From NCBI GenBank assembly GCA_964619625.1, contig CAZUFD010000003.1, forward strand, positions 30,282-94,281: a stretch of DNA of 64,000 nt, written 5' to 3'. The notes under the pieces are model-generated. The model did no database searches. It saw nothing but the letters and a program-made list of their open reading frames with translations, and was not told where the DNA came from. Shown here in pieces: positions 38,841 through 48,330 of this stretch (position 1 is the first letter of the stretch; each line of letters begins with the position of its first letter). The position numbers and the translations under genes are program-made. Source of the DNA: an uncultured Gammaproteobacteria bacterium (GTDB taxonomy: Bacteria > Patescibacteriota > Patescibacteriia > Magasanikbacterales > GWA2-37-8).

Positions 38841-39041
38841 TTATTTTTGTTCTGGCTTTTTTGGAGTAAAAAACCAATACCAAATTAAGCCGACTAATAC
38901 CCAAGAAATAATAAAAATTGCCATTTCAATCAGCCAGCTCGGTTCATGGCCTGCAAATTCTAAATACCCAAAATACAAAGGCAATGCTATAAATCCCCAC
39001 ATTATACCAAAAATTATTCGGTCATATATATCTAGCATCAT
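38841..39041 (-). CDS. hypothetical small membrane protein (66 aa)
   Basis: Two hydrophobic helices; between metG and rsmI on the same strand. Confidence 0.4.
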   Translation of the reverse strand: MMLDIYDRIIFGIMWGFIALPLYFGYLEFAGHEPSWLIEMAIFIISWVLVGLIWYWFFTPKKPEQK

Positions 39042-39733
39042 ATTGTATTTACCACAATAACAAACTCCCCTCGTTCATCTTGCATTTTTTCTGTTACTTG
39101 TTCAATCGTACCTCTATATATGGTCTCAAATTTTTTAGTTATTTCTCTACAAACCATAACTTGTCTTTTTACATCTAAGACTTCTTTCAACTCAGTCAGG
39201 CATTTTTTGATTCTATGCCCTGATTCGTAAAACACGACGGTAAATTCGCAGGCCGCTATTTCTTTAAAATATTTTTGGCGTTTATTTTTGTGCGGCGGAA
39301 ACCCCATAAACACAAATTTATCCGTGGGAAAGCCGGAAATAGACAAAGCGGCGATGACGGCTGATGGGCCGGGAATCGGTACAACTTCGGCAACTCCCCC
39401 TGCCCCCTCTTGGAAAGAGGAGGATGACACGAGCTGAGCGATTAATAGCCCGCCCGGATCGCTAATGCCAGGCGTACCGGCATCGGTAACTAAGGCTAGA
39501 TTTTTTCCTTCTCCTAGCAAACCAATAATTTCTTTAATTTTTCTTTGTTCCGTATGTTGGTGATAACTTATGAGCGGCTTGGAAATTTGATAATGTTCTA
39601 ACAAATTTTTGCTCACGCGTGTATCTTCACATAGCACAACGTCAACACTTTTAAGTGTTTCTAGGGCGCGGAGCGTAATATCCGCCAAATTACCAATGGG
39701 CGTGGCGACAATATATAGTTTTCCTGGCTGCAT
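39038..39733 (-). CDS. rsmI: 16S rRNA (cytidine1402-2'-O)-methyltransferase RsmI, with in-frame 35-nt repeat insertion
   Basis: LYIVATPIGNLADITLRALETL...VLCEDTR...VPIPGPSAVIAALS; extra SSSSFQEGAGGVAEV segment encoded by the repeat at 39389-39423. Confidence 0.85.
   Translation of the reverse strand: MQPGKLYIVATPIGNLADITLRALETLKSVDVVLCEDTRVSKNLLEHYQISKPLISYHQHTEQRKIKEIIGLLGEGKNLALVTDAGTPGISDPGGLLIAQLVSSSSFQEGAGGVAEVVPIPGPSAVIAALSISGFPTDKFVFMGFPPHKNKRQKYFKEIAACEFTVVFYESGHRIKKCLTELKEVLDVKRQVMVCREITKKFETIYRGTIEQVTEKMQDERGEFVIVVNTI
39389..39423 (+). repeat. 35-nt palindromic mini-repeat copy A (GGCAACTCCCCCTGCCCCCTCTTGGAAAGAGGAGG)
   Basis: Near-identical to 63455-63489 and to reverse complement of 63044-63079; internal hairpin CCTCTT-GGAAAG-AGGAGG. 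Confidence 0.55.
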
Positions 39734-39774
39734 ATTTTCTCTAGCTTATCAATAAATCCAGGAAAAATCAATTA

Positions 39775-40209
39775 TTACAGAACTGCTTTTTTGGGTTTGA
39801 AAAGATACGAAACAGCCCAGCCAACCCCAAAAGATATTGCCCCAAGCATCCCCATAAACATATCTTTCATCGTGTCAGCCACGCTCGGCTGAGCACTCGT
39901 GAACAAATATTTATCAGATAAAAATTCGTAGAACTCCCAAAAAACCGTTATAGACATTACAAAAAAAAGAATCAGAAAAAAATCCGCCAACTTAGTATTG
40001 GTTTTAATTACATTATAGTTTTTTATTTTTTGCAATATAAAATAGGCCGTAACCGCTATACTTAAACCTCCCAAAAAATGCACGATTCTATTTGGCCAAA
40101 ATATGACTTTGTAATCTGCCCAGCCAGCTTCTAAAGCATAGCCAAGCATATATACAAAAAATGGAAAAGCCAACAAGTTAAATAAATCTCTGAATTTTAA
40201 ATCTTTCAT
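39775..40209 (-). CDS. hypothetical polytopic membrane protein
   Basis: 4-5 TM helices, no motif. Confidence 0.5.
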   Translation of the reverse strand: MKDLKFRDLFNLLAFPFFVYMLGYALEAGWADYKVIFWPNRIVHFLGGLSIAVTAYFILQKIKNYNVIKTNTKLADFFLILFFVMSITVFWEFYEFLSDKYLFTSAQPSVADTMKDMFMGMLGAISFGVGWAVSYLFKPKKAVL

Positions 40210-40221
40210 ACAACCTAAATT

Positions 40222-40539
40222 TTACAATTCTTCATTTAAAAATTTATCCAGATTCGCTTCTTTTTCCTGTTGTGTTAAAGGCTTTATTTCGGCAGCTTTC
40301 TCTATTTGCTCCATGACTGTATCCGGCTGCGCGCCCATGACAAAGTTGCCATTTACAAGCATGTTTGGCCCAAAATCACAGCCGCCCAAACATACGCTAT
40401 AATCCAGATCGTACTGCTTATTTTTCTCTCCCAGCGTTAAACCTGTTTCATCCTCAATTTTTTTCACTACGGCTTCGGCTCCATTCTCTATACAGGAACA
40501 ATCTTGGCAAACTCGCACAATTGTTGGTTTTTTACCCAT
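40222..40539 (-). CDS. thioredoxin-like [2Fe-2S] ferredoxin (NuoE-like)
   Basis: Cys pattern VCQDCSC ... CLGGCDFGPNMLVNG. Confidence 0.7.
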   Translation of the reverse strand: MGKKPTIVRVCQDCSCIENGAEAVVKKIEDETGLTLGEKNKQYDLDYSVCLGGCDFGPNMLVNGNFVMGAQPDTVMEQIEKAAEIKPLTQQEKEANLDKFLNEEL

Positions 40540-40545
40540 ATACAG

Positions 40546-41748
40546 TTATTTCATTTTAGCAATTTGACGTAGCTGCTCTACAATTGCCGGTAAATACTTC
40601 ATTAGATAATCAATATCTTTTTTAGTATTTTCGTGCCCCAAGGAAAATCGTATCGCTCCCCTGGCTTCCTGCGGCTGCATACCCAAAGCCTTCAGTACAT
40701 GGGAAGGTTCTAAAGACTTGGCAGCGCAAGCCGACCCCGTGGAACACATAATACCGTATTCATCCAAATATAGAAGCAAGGCCTCTCCCTCTACGCCTCT
40801 AAAAGTAACATTTAAATTGTTGGGCAATCTTTGCGGCCCGATTTCCGGCCCGTTTAATTTTATATCGGGAATTTGTTTTTGCAATTTTTCCCATAAATAT
40901 TTCGTTAATTCGGCCAATCTTTTTGTTTCTTTGTCTTTATTGTTTGCCGCCAGTTCCAACGCTTTGGCAAGTCCGGCAATACCGGCGGTATTTTCAGTAC
41001 CCGCTCGAAGATGCCGTTCTTGTTCACCGCCAAAAATTATAGGTTGTATCTTCACTCCGCGACGCACATACAACGCGCCCACCCCCTTTGGCCCATATAT
41101 TTTACTGCCGCTTACTGCCATTAAATCTACATGGAGTTTTTCTACGTCCAAATCCAAATAACCTATGACCTGACAAGCATCGGTATGAAACAAAGGATAG
41201 TTTGTTTTATTATTTTTTCTATATTGTAAAATTTGGCGGCCAATATCGGCAATCGGATTTATACTGCCAATTTCATTGTTGGCATACATAATTGAAACAA
41301 GAACTGTATCCGGGCGTATCGCGCTTATAACATCTTCGGCTTTAATTATGCCCCTAGCATCGGGTTTTATATATGTAATGTCCCACCCCCATTTTTTTAA
41401 TTCTTCCAAAGAATTTAATACCGCATGATGTTCAGTGGGGCTGGAAATAATATGTTTGCCGTGCTGCGCATGCGCCTTGGCAACACCAAAAATAGCCAGA
41501 TTATCGGATTCGGTGCCGCCGCTGGTAAAAATTATATTTTCAGGCATTGCTCCCATTAACTTAGAAATTTCACCCCTGCTTTTATTCATTTCCACTTCTG
41601 CTTTTTTCCCTTCTTGGTGCAGTGAGGACGGATTGCCGAATCGGGTATTAAAAAACGGCAGCATGGCTGAAATTACCCGCTTATCCATAGGAGTGGTAGA
41701 CGCGTAGTCTAAATAGATACGCTGTATTTTTTTCGGTTTTGGAAGCAT
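40546..41748 (-). CDS. iscS: cysteine desulfurase (IscS/NifS family)
   Basis: PLP-lysine region SGSKIYGPKGVGALYVR; active-site Cys CSTGSACA. Confidence 0.9.
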   Translation of the reverse strand: MLPKPKKIQRIYLDYASTTPMDKRVISAMLPFFNTRFGNPSSLHQEGKKAEVEMNKSRGEISKLMGAMPENIIFTSGGTESDNLAIFGVAKAHAQHGKHIISSPTEHHAVLNSLEELKKWGWDITYIKPDARGIIKAEDVISAIRPDTVLVSIMYANNEIGSINPIADIGRQILQYRKNNKTNYPLFHTDACQVIGYLDLDVEKLHVDLMAVSGSKIYGPKGVGALYVRRGVKIQPIIFGGEQERHLRAGTENTAGIAGLAKALELAANNKDKETKRLAELTKYLWEKLQKQIPDIKLNGPEIGPQRLPNNLNVTFRGVEGEALLLYLDEYGIMCSTGSACAAKSLEPSHVLKALGMQPQEARGAIRFSLGHENTKKDIDYLMKYLPAIVEQLRQIAKMK

Positions 41749-41749
41749 T

Positions 41750-42331
41750 TTAAAAAGGCAATGTTAGATTTATATTTTTGGCGGCGCCAGTTGCGGCTTT
41801 ACCTGTGGCATGATTATCAAAATTTACGGCAAACGGCAACACTTCTCCGGTTAAGGATTTATAAAATAATTGTTTATTGTTTTTTCCAAATTCATAGACT
41901 TCTTTGGTTACTTTCACGTCTTGTTCACAATATTTTTTAATTTCATCAATTTTGCCTTCCTTCCACCATTTCATGGCCTGTAAGCCATCGGCGCTTTTGG
42001 TAATGTCCAGTGTCGCTTCGGCCACATCGTTTAATTTTAATCTGCGGCCAATTGATTCTTTGATTTTTACAAGCAAATCTAACTGTGGAAATGCCATTAG
42101 ATCCCCGGGGTAATAGCGGTTTAGAATTGGCAAATCAAAATGTTCGCTGTTGTAACCAATGAGTCGCGATGATTTTTCTAAGATCGGCCACAATTTACCA
42201 AGTTCATGACGTTCAAAAGAAGAATATGTATCGTGTTCATACTCATAAATGGAGACAACTGTAACTTCCATGGTATCCAAGTTGGTAATATCGCCTATAG
42301 TTTCTATATCAAAAATAATTTCATTGGACAT
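41750..42331 (-). CDS. DEDD-family 3'-5' exonuclease (RNase H-like fold)
   Basis: Exo I IIFDIETIG, Exo II YNSEHFDLPIL, Exo III YCEQDVKVT. Confidence 0.65.
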   Translation of the reverse strand: MSNEIIFDIETIGDITNLDTMEVTVVSIYEYEHDTYSSFERHELGKLWPILEKSSRLIGYNSEHFDLPILNRYYPGDLMAFPQLDLLVKIKESIGRRLKLNDVAEATLDITKSADGLQAMKWWKEGKIDEIKKYCEQDVKVTKEVYEFGKNNKQLFYKSLTGEVLPFAVNFDNHATGKAATGAAKNINLTLPF

Positions 42332-42337
42332 ACAAAA

Positions 42338-43468
42338 TTAACTTGCGGTAATGGTAAATAAATCTGCTTTGGCATTTTCAATTAAAGAGCTATCTATATT
42401 TGCTTCCAAACGCAATACATTTTCAAGTTTGGCCTTAATTTGTGGATGTTTGGCTACAAATAAACTGCAGCAATCCTCGTATGGCCGGATAGAAATATCA
42501 AACGTGCCGATAGTTCGAGCGGTCTCTATTATATCTTTTTTATTGGTTCCTATCAATGGAGATAATTGCAATAATTCCGACGATTTGGAAATGACTGACA
42601 TATTCTCTAAGGTCTGCGAAGCTACTTGCCCCAGGCTATTACCGGACACCAGAGCCAAATAGTTATACTCTTGCGCGATCTTTTCGGCAATTTTATTAAA
42701 AATTCTACGAGTAACAATCATGCGGTACTCGGCCGGGATTTTCATAATCACCTCTTTTTGAATAGCCGCAAACGGTACGATAAATAATTTTATTTCCGGC
42801 TGATAGCGAGCCAAAACATGCGCCAAATCAAATATTTTTGCGCTCACTTCTTCGGTTACGCTTGTTTGGTTTTGAAAATGCAGCAGGTGCGCCTGCGCGC
42901 CTCTCGTCATCATTTTATAAGCGGCTACGGGGCTATCCAAACCGCCGGAAAGTAAAACCAAAACCTTGCCGCAGCTGGATGTCGGCAATCCTCCGACTGC
43001 ACTGTGCGTATTGCCAAAAATATAAGCGCTGTCTTTACCAATATTGATATGAATATTTAAATCTGGATTTTTCAAGGAGACCTGCCAGTTATACTTTATT
43101 CGTACATACTCTCCTATTTGTTTTTCTATTTCCGTTGAAGGAATGGGAAATTTTTTAAACGAACGCTCAGCAGAGATGCGAAAGGTTTTAGTACTCGCGT
43201 TATTCTTTACCAGTTTATCAATGGTCTTTTTAATATCCTCCGTGGCATGGCTGGCTTTGAACGCTATGGCAAAATTAGCAAAACCGGGAATTAGAGCCAG
43301 CTGTTTGATTTGCTCAGGCAAAATATTTTCAACCCACAAACCGCTTTCTATTCTTTTTACCTTTATTTTCGGCAATAAATGTTCCAAATTATTTTTAAGA
43401 TGTCCATAAAAAACAGGCTGATTGGAGCCTTTGAGAAAAATTTCATCTATATGGATTATTGCATTCAT
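42338..43468 (-). CDS. thiI: tRNA 4-thiouridine synthase ThiI
   Basis: THUMP region plus PP-loop LLSGGLDSPVAAY. Confidence 0.85.
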   Translation of the reverse strand: MNAIIHIDEIFLKGSNQPVFYGHLKNNLEHLLPKIKVKRIESGLWVENILPEQIKQLALIPGFANFAIAFKASHATEDIKKTIDKLVKNNASTKTFRISAERSFKKFPIPSTEIEKQIGEYVRIKYNWQVSLKNPDLNIHINIGKDSAYIFGNTHSAVGGLPTSSCGKVLVLLSGGLDSPVAAYKMMTRGAQAHLLHFQNQTSVTEEVSAKIFDLAHVLARYQPEIKLFIVPFAAIQKEVIMKIPAEYRMIVTRRIFNKIAEKIAQEYNYLALVSGNSLGQVASQTLENMSVISKSSELLQLSPLIGTNKKDIIETARTIGTFDISIRPYEDCCSLFVAKHPQIKAKLENVLRLEANIDSSLIENAKADLFTITAS

Positions 43469-43589
43469 ACCACACTATGGGGATTTAAGCCTTATTCTAC
43501 AGTCTTTTCTGAAACTGTAAACCCCTCTATAAATTGACTCTTTATTCTACTAATGATAGCGTACTAATACACCCTAGAAGGAGTAAAGG

Positions 43590-43925
43590 ATGACCAGAAA
43601 CCCATCTGTGGGTGTCTTTAGAAGAATGTGGTGGTGCATTCGGTGCCGGAGAGCGTTGCCTAACGGCGGCCCATGCTCCCGCTGCAGAGGGATGCAGTGC
43701 ATTGGGTGCAAGGGGGCGCCTGACGGTCAATGCTCTCGCTGTAGAGGAAACTTCTGCATTTCTTGCTTTGAAGCGCATGCGCAAGTGAACCATGCGCCAA
43801 ACATGGTGATGACAGGGGTCAGTTGTGTGGAATGCGGAAATGAACCGGATGGCCAGTGTGCCCACTGCCCGGCAATCCTGTGCGAAGGCGAGGAATGCCG
43901 AAAAACCCACGAAGGCAGGCATTAG
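43590..43925 (+). CDS. GC-rich Cys-rich protein with three tandem CxxC-x(8-10)-CxxC zinc-ribbon units (111 aa)
   Basis: GAAGGAG SD 6 nt before ATG; repeats CIRCRRALPNGGPCSRCRG / CIGCKGAPDGQCSRCRG / CVECGNEPDGQCAHC; TTGACT at 43534. Confidence 0.6.
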   Translation: MTRNPSVGVFRRMWWCIRCRRALPNGGPCSRCRGMQCIGCKGAPDGQCSRCRGNFCISCFEAHAQVNHAPNMVMTGVSCVECGNEPDGQCAHCPAILCEGEECRKTHEGRH

Positions 43926-43974
43926 TCGTAACAGTGAAGACGGCTATGGAAGTATTTGCCCGATCGGGCAACCA

Positions 43975-44010
43975 GGACATCTGCAAGCCCAGCTCTGTCC
44001 TTGTTTTTTT
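43975..44010 (+). terminator. intrinsic terminator (GGACA...TGTCC + T9), preceded by hairpin TTGCCCGATCGGGCAA at 43956-43971
   Basis: Stem-loops followed by TTGTTTTTTT. Confidence 0.6.
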
Positions 44011-44033
44011 AAAACATAATTAAATTTTTTATT

Positions 44034-44438
44034 ATGACAAAAAATATTGCAATTATCCTGGGCGAATTTCACAAAAAAGAAGTAGTGGAAATGCTAAATG
44101 AAGCGCGCAAGGTGGCAGCCGAAAATAATTTAACTATTGCCGAAGAAATTTGGGTAAATGGTTCTTATGAAAAACCGCTGGCTTTGAAGCGAGTGCTGAT
44201 GAAAGAAAATATAGACGGAGCTATTGCGCTTGGAATAATTGAACGCGGAGAAACCAAGCACGGATTGGTAATGGGTCACACTGTGATGCAAAGTATTTTA
44301 AACTTGGAATTAGAATATATGAAGCCGGTTGGTATTGGAATTCTTGGTCCGGAAATTTTGCCGAGTCAAATTCCTTCTCGTTTGCTTCCTACCGCACAAA
44401 AAGCGGTACTGGCTGTGGCACGGATGTTAGAAAAATAA
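44034..44438 (+). CDS. ribH: 6,7-dimethyl-8-ribityllumazine synthase (short/archaeal-type)
   Basis: NIAIILGEFHKKEVVEM...GAIALGIIERGETKHGLVMGHTV pattern. Confidence 0.7.
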   Translation: MTKNIAIILGEFHKKEVVEMLNEARKVAAENNLTIAEEIWVNGSYEKPLALKRVLMKENIDGAIALGIIERGETKHGLVMGHTVMQSILNLELEYMKPVGIGILGPEILPSQIPSRLLPTAQKAVLAVARMLEK

Positions 44439-44440
44439 AT

Positions 44441-44893
44441 ATGGAATTCCAATTTTTGACACCAGATAAATTTATAGACGGCGATCTTGAACTGGTTTTG
44501 GTAAAAACAGTGCCAGCAAATGATAAAAAGGGTTACGTGCCAGCGTACCAATTTGCAATGATAAATACCTTTACCAGAGAAAAAATGGGAGATGTTACTT
44601 TGCGAATTGGTAACAACGAAAATATAAGGTATGGTGGCCATATTGGTTACGGTGTTGAAGAAGAGTTTAGAGGAAACCACTATAGCGCCCGTAGTATAAA
44701 ACTACTCCTACCTTTTGCGAAGAAGCATGGACTAAAAGAAGTAAGTATAACTTGCGACCCAGAAAATGCCGCTTCAAGAAAAACCTGCGAACTGGCTGGA
44801 GGAAATTTAGTAGATACAGTTGATTTGCCAGAACACAACGATCAATATAAACTTGGAGAAAGACAAAAATGTATTTATAAATTTGATTTATAA
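44441..44893 (+). CDS. GNAT-family N-acetyltransferase
   Basis: RIGNNENIRYGGHIGYGVEEEFRGNHYSARS ... CDPENAASRKTCELAGG acetyl-CoA-binding motifs. Confidence 0.7.
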   Translation: MEFQFLTPDKFIDGDLELVLVKTVPANDKKGYVPAYQFAMINTFTREKMGDVTLRIGNNENIRYGGHIGYGVEEEFRGNHYSARSIKLLLPFAKKHGLKEVSITCDPENAASRKTCELAGGNLVDTVDLPEHNDQYKLGERQKCIYKFDL

Positions 44894-47095
44894 ATACTTC
44901 TCTATTGCCTTCAAAATCTTTTCTTTAATATCTGCCGGAGACATTTTGGCAAGTTCGTATAACTCTTCTACATTACCTGATTTTAAATATTGGGTTATGC
45001 CAATTGCTTTTTTGTCGTAATCGGCCGGAAGCATAAACGGATACAAGAAACCTGGCCAACCGTTGTGAAGTGTGACGACTAATCCCCTTTCTTCATCGGA
45101 CAAAATACTTTGCGCTTTGGTTGGATTATTTTTTCGCAAATCTTCAAATAATTCTGGCGATGTTACGGCAATAATTTTTACATCCATTCCTTGCGCTTCT
45201 AATTCTGGTAAAATTTCCAAAGTATTTTTTAATATTTGCATACCGCTGATTGCCAAAACAATCCTACTACCCTTTCCTATAAAGTTTTTATAAACATAAG
45301 CGCCGTTGTTGGCCTCTATTGCCTCCGGCACATTTGCGCGATTTATTACCGGTTGCTCTGGTCTGTATACGGACAAAACAATCGGTTCGCCTTTTTCTAG
45401 CGCGCCAAACAGCATCTCTATAGTTTCGTTGGCGTCTAGCGGTTTATACACCTTTATACCTGGCAAAGCGCCATAAAGCGACATCCAATACATTCCCTGA
45501 TGTGTAGGGCCATCCTCGCCTGTTTCTGGGCCATCGTGGGCCGCTAGACAGATAAAGAAGCCTTTGGTTGGCGGGTTTAGTTGGTTACCTATAATAGCCA
45601 AACGAATAGAATTGGCCATCATATTGGTAAATACGGCAAAGGTGCCAAACACCGAAACGGGTTTATATCCACCAGGCAAAATATCTTGGGTCATAGCCGC
45701 ACCCATCATAGCCATATTTTGTTCGGCAATTCCATAGCGTATACCGCGCCCAAATGGATTATCTTTACTTATTAGTCCATAAACCTCTTCGGCGCTATTT
45801 GTATAAACAGATTTTGCCAAATCCCCCGCTCCGGCATAAAAAAATGCAGTCTGCTTCATATACCAGGCAAACCAAGCTTGTACCGCTTTGCGGGTAGAAA
45901 CTTTTTCTCCGGCTTTAAAAGTTAATTCAGGAGGTAAAACTTTTGGACGTTTAATACTCAGCGGCTGAACAAACGGTCGGTCTGCCAAAGCTTCTTTCAT
46001 TTGATTTACTTGTATGTGTTCGGGTACAATTTTCTGCGCGCCGATTTCTAATCTTTCCAAAATATATTTTTCATCCTCTGGGGTAATGTGAACCAAAACT
46101 TCCTGAATATCTTCCATAACTTTGCCTGGCTCTCCCAAAATATTAAACCCTAATTTTTTCATTATACTTACATATTCGTCGTGCTTTACCGGAGACCCAT
46201 GCGATGCGGCTGTGTTTTCTTTGCTGCCATAGCCTTTGCCTTTTAAGGTATGACAAATAATTACAGTTGGTTGTCCGTTTTCAAATCCTTTGGCGGCGAG
46301 TCTATATGCATACACCATTTCCAAAACATTATGGCCGTCCGTTTCTATAACATTCCAACCTAACCCTAGCCAATGATTTATGTAGGGCGAAGATACAACT
46401 TGTTCTATTTCAGCATCAATTCCAAAATGATTATAATCCAAACTTACAATCATGTTTTTTAGGCCGTTCGTAGCAATAATATTCCGCGCTTCGTAGGTCA
46501 TACCCTCTTCACTTTCGGCATCACCCATAAATACCCAGGTTTTGGTGTCTAACCCGCAAGAAGAATGCGCTAGTGCAATGCCGCCTGCAGCCGAAAATCC
46601 GTGGCCAGATGGGCCGGTTGTAAAATCAGAATATGGATATTGCGCTTCGGCGTGTCCTTGTGGGCCATCGGTATGGCGGAAACGAAGTAAATCTTCAGGC
46701 ATTACGGCTTTTATTACAGCTTCGGAAAATTGTCTGCCGGTACGTTTTAAAACTTCGTAATATAATGCTTGTCCGGCAAAAAGAAGCGGCGTGCAGTGCC
46801 CCGCGCTCCAAACTACTCTATCTCGGCCGGGATTTTTGGGGTTTATTGGATCAAACGCCATTACACCACCAAGGGTCATAGCCAAAAACTGCTCCACTTT
46901 GCCGCTACTTCCCGGATGACCGGATTGCCCGGCTTCAACGGCCGCAAAAATAAGACCTCGCAAAACTTTGGCTAGTTTCTCTAGGCGTTCTATATCTATG
47001 CCTTTTATTGAAGATATTTTTTTGTTTTGAAGATTTATATATTCTGGAGAATTTGTTTTCGATTTTTTGGGCATATTAAAAATTGAGTTGATCAA
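44888..47095 (-). CDS. tkt: transketolase
   Basis: 735 aa; TPP-binding GHPGSSGKVEQF... and transketolase pyrimidine/C-terminal domains. Confidence 0.9.
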   Translation of the reverse strand: MINSIFNMPKKSKTNSPEYINLQNKKISSIKGIDIERLEKLAKVLRGLIFAAVEAGQSGHPGSSGKVEQFLAMTLGGVMAFDPINPKNPGRDRVVWSAGHCTPLLFAGQALYYEVLKRTGRQFSEAVIKAVMPEDLLRFRHTDGPQGHAEAQYPYSDFTTGPSGHGFSAAGGIALAHSSCGLDTKTWVFMGDAESEEGMTYEARNIIATNGLKNMIVSLDYNHFGIDAEIEQVVSSPYINHWLGLGWNVIETDGHNVLEMVYAYRLAAKGFENGQPTVIICHTLKGKGYGSKENTAASHGSPVKHDEYVSIMKKLGFNILGEPGKVMEDIQEVLVHITPEDEKYILERLEIGAQKIVPEHIQVNQMKEALADRPFVQPLSIKRPKVLPPELTFKAGEKVSTRKAVQAWFAWYMKQTAFFYAGAGDLAKSVYTNSAEEVYGLISKDNPFGRGIRYGIAEQNMAMMGAAMTQDILPGGYKPVSVFGTFAVFTNMMANSIRLAIIGNQLNPPTKGFFICLAAHDGPETGEDGPTHQGMYWMSLYGALPGIKVYKPLDANETIEMLFGALEKGEPIVLSVYRPEQPVINRANVPEAIEANNGAYVYKNFIGKGSRIVLAISGMQILKNTLEILPELEAQGMDVKIIAVTSPELFEDLRKNNPTKAQSILSDEERGLVVTLHNGWPGFLYPFMLPADYDKKAIGITQYLKSGNVEELYELAKMSPADIKEKILKAIEKYL

Positions 47096-47107
47096 CTATA
47101 TACGCTA

Positions 47108-47329
47108 TTATTTTAATCCAGACCACATTAAACAATCTACATATAAATTATTCTGTATTTCCTCAACGGATTTATTAGACGCTACTTCTTCGGCAGCAGA
47201 AACATAAAAATTCTGTGCTCTTTTATAACAGTCTTTTCGAATTTTCTGTGGCCTGTATTCATACCAGTAAAAGGCTAGGCCTAAAATAACCACAAATAAA
47301 GAGATAATTACGTAATACTGTTTTTTCAT
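47108..47329 (-). CDS. hypothetical small membrane-anchored protein (73 aa)
   Basis: N-terminal TM helix; same strand as flanking genes. Confidence 0.4.
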   Translation of the reverse strand: MKKQYYVIISLFVVILGLAFYWYEYRPQKIRKDCYKRAQNFYVSAAEEVASNKSVEEIQNNLYVDCLMWSGLK

Positions 47330-47350
47330 AGCACTGCTTTAAAAATAATT

Positions 47351-47923
47351 TTAATTTTCTTCCTCTAAAATTGTTTGTATCTCACTAATCATGCCTTGAG
47401 CTGTTAGACTTTTAGGATCGTCTAAAATGGCTCCTATACCACCGTATATAGTGGAATAAGTTTCAGAGTTTTTCTTATCCTCTTTTTTATTACTTTTTGC
47501 TATTGCGAGACTTCCTTCATAATTAAGTATTGCTGCACGGGCATTAAGTTTCGCTGTTTTGGATAACGCTTTTTCTGATTTTTCTTGCGCTTCGGCAGAT
47601 TTTTTTAATTCTCTCCTAGTCATCTCAAGCTCACTTCTCTGAAGTTTTAGCTCTTCCCTCTGTAATACAATAGCATAAATAACACCCAGAAAAGCTAAGC
47701 CAGAAAAAAGTGCGTTAATACCTCCAAACATATCTCCAAATAACCCTCTATCGGTCATTTTTGAAAAAAACTTACTTACAATCAAAAAATAAACGATAAG
47801 TACCAATAAGGTTGCTATAATTGAAAAAACTATTTTTTTCATAGAATTAATAATACCGCACTGTTTAAGAGATTCTTCCGCTTCGGACAGAATGACACTA
47901 ATATTGTACCTGATTTTGGCCAT
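47351..47923 (-). CDS. hypothetical membrane protein with coiled-coil
   Basis: Two TM helices plus charged helical region. Confidence 0.5.
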   Translation of the reverse strand: MAKIRYNISVILSEAEESLKQCGIINSMKKIVFSIIATLLVLIVYFLIVSKFFSKMTDRGLFGDMFGGINALFSGLAFLGVIYAIVLQREELKLQRSELEMTRRELKKSAEAQEKSEKALSKTAKLNARAAILNYEGSLAIAKSNKKEDKKNSETYSTIYGGIGAILDDPKSLTAQGMISEIQTILEEEN

Positions 47924-47948
47924 TTTAAACAGGCCGGCAGTATTTTTA

Positions 47949-47977
47949 TTGACAGCAAAAAATCAATAAGGGATAAT
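47949..47977 (+). promoter_or_regulatory. sigma70 promoter TTGACA-17-GATAAT
   Basis: Perfect -35, 17-nt spacer, 5/6 -10, 20 nt upstream of SD AAGGGGG. Confidence 0.6.
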
Positions 47978-47996
47978 ATCCGCCAAGGGGGAAACC

Positions 47997-48308
47997 ATGC
48001 AGAACAAGCTTTCGTTGGCCTTGGAGCAGGCGCTCCAGGGATCATGTCAGGTTCAAATCACTTTCAAACGGGATGCGGCTAACAGTGTCCGCTCTCTGCT
48101 GAGAATGATCAAGACCGGGCACATCTTGATGCCGGACGATGAGGAGAAGGCTCTCAAGAAGACCGCTCAGTCCGGTGGGTGGGGTGAAGATCGTCATCGT
48201 ACGACAAATGTCACGTTCACGAGCATTTTCGTCAAGGCCGATATGAAGGATACGTTTGCCAGAATGATGCGTCTAGCCATCGAACAGATCGAGGTCGTGC
48301 CATCCTAA
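47997..48308 (+). CDS. GC-rich small protein, family Y copy 3 (orphan, 103 aa)
   Basis: Blocks GSCQVQITFKRDAANSVRSLLRM, SGGWGEDRHRTTNVTFTSIF, LAIEQIEVV align with Y1/Y2. Confidence 0.7.
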   Translation: MQNKLSLALEQALQGSCQVQITFKRDAANSVRSLLRMIKTGHILMPDDEEKALKKTAQSGGWGEDRHRTTNVTFTSIFVKADMKDTFARMMRLAIEQIEVVPS

Positions 48309-48330
48309 GCAGCAAGCCTGCCAAAACAAA

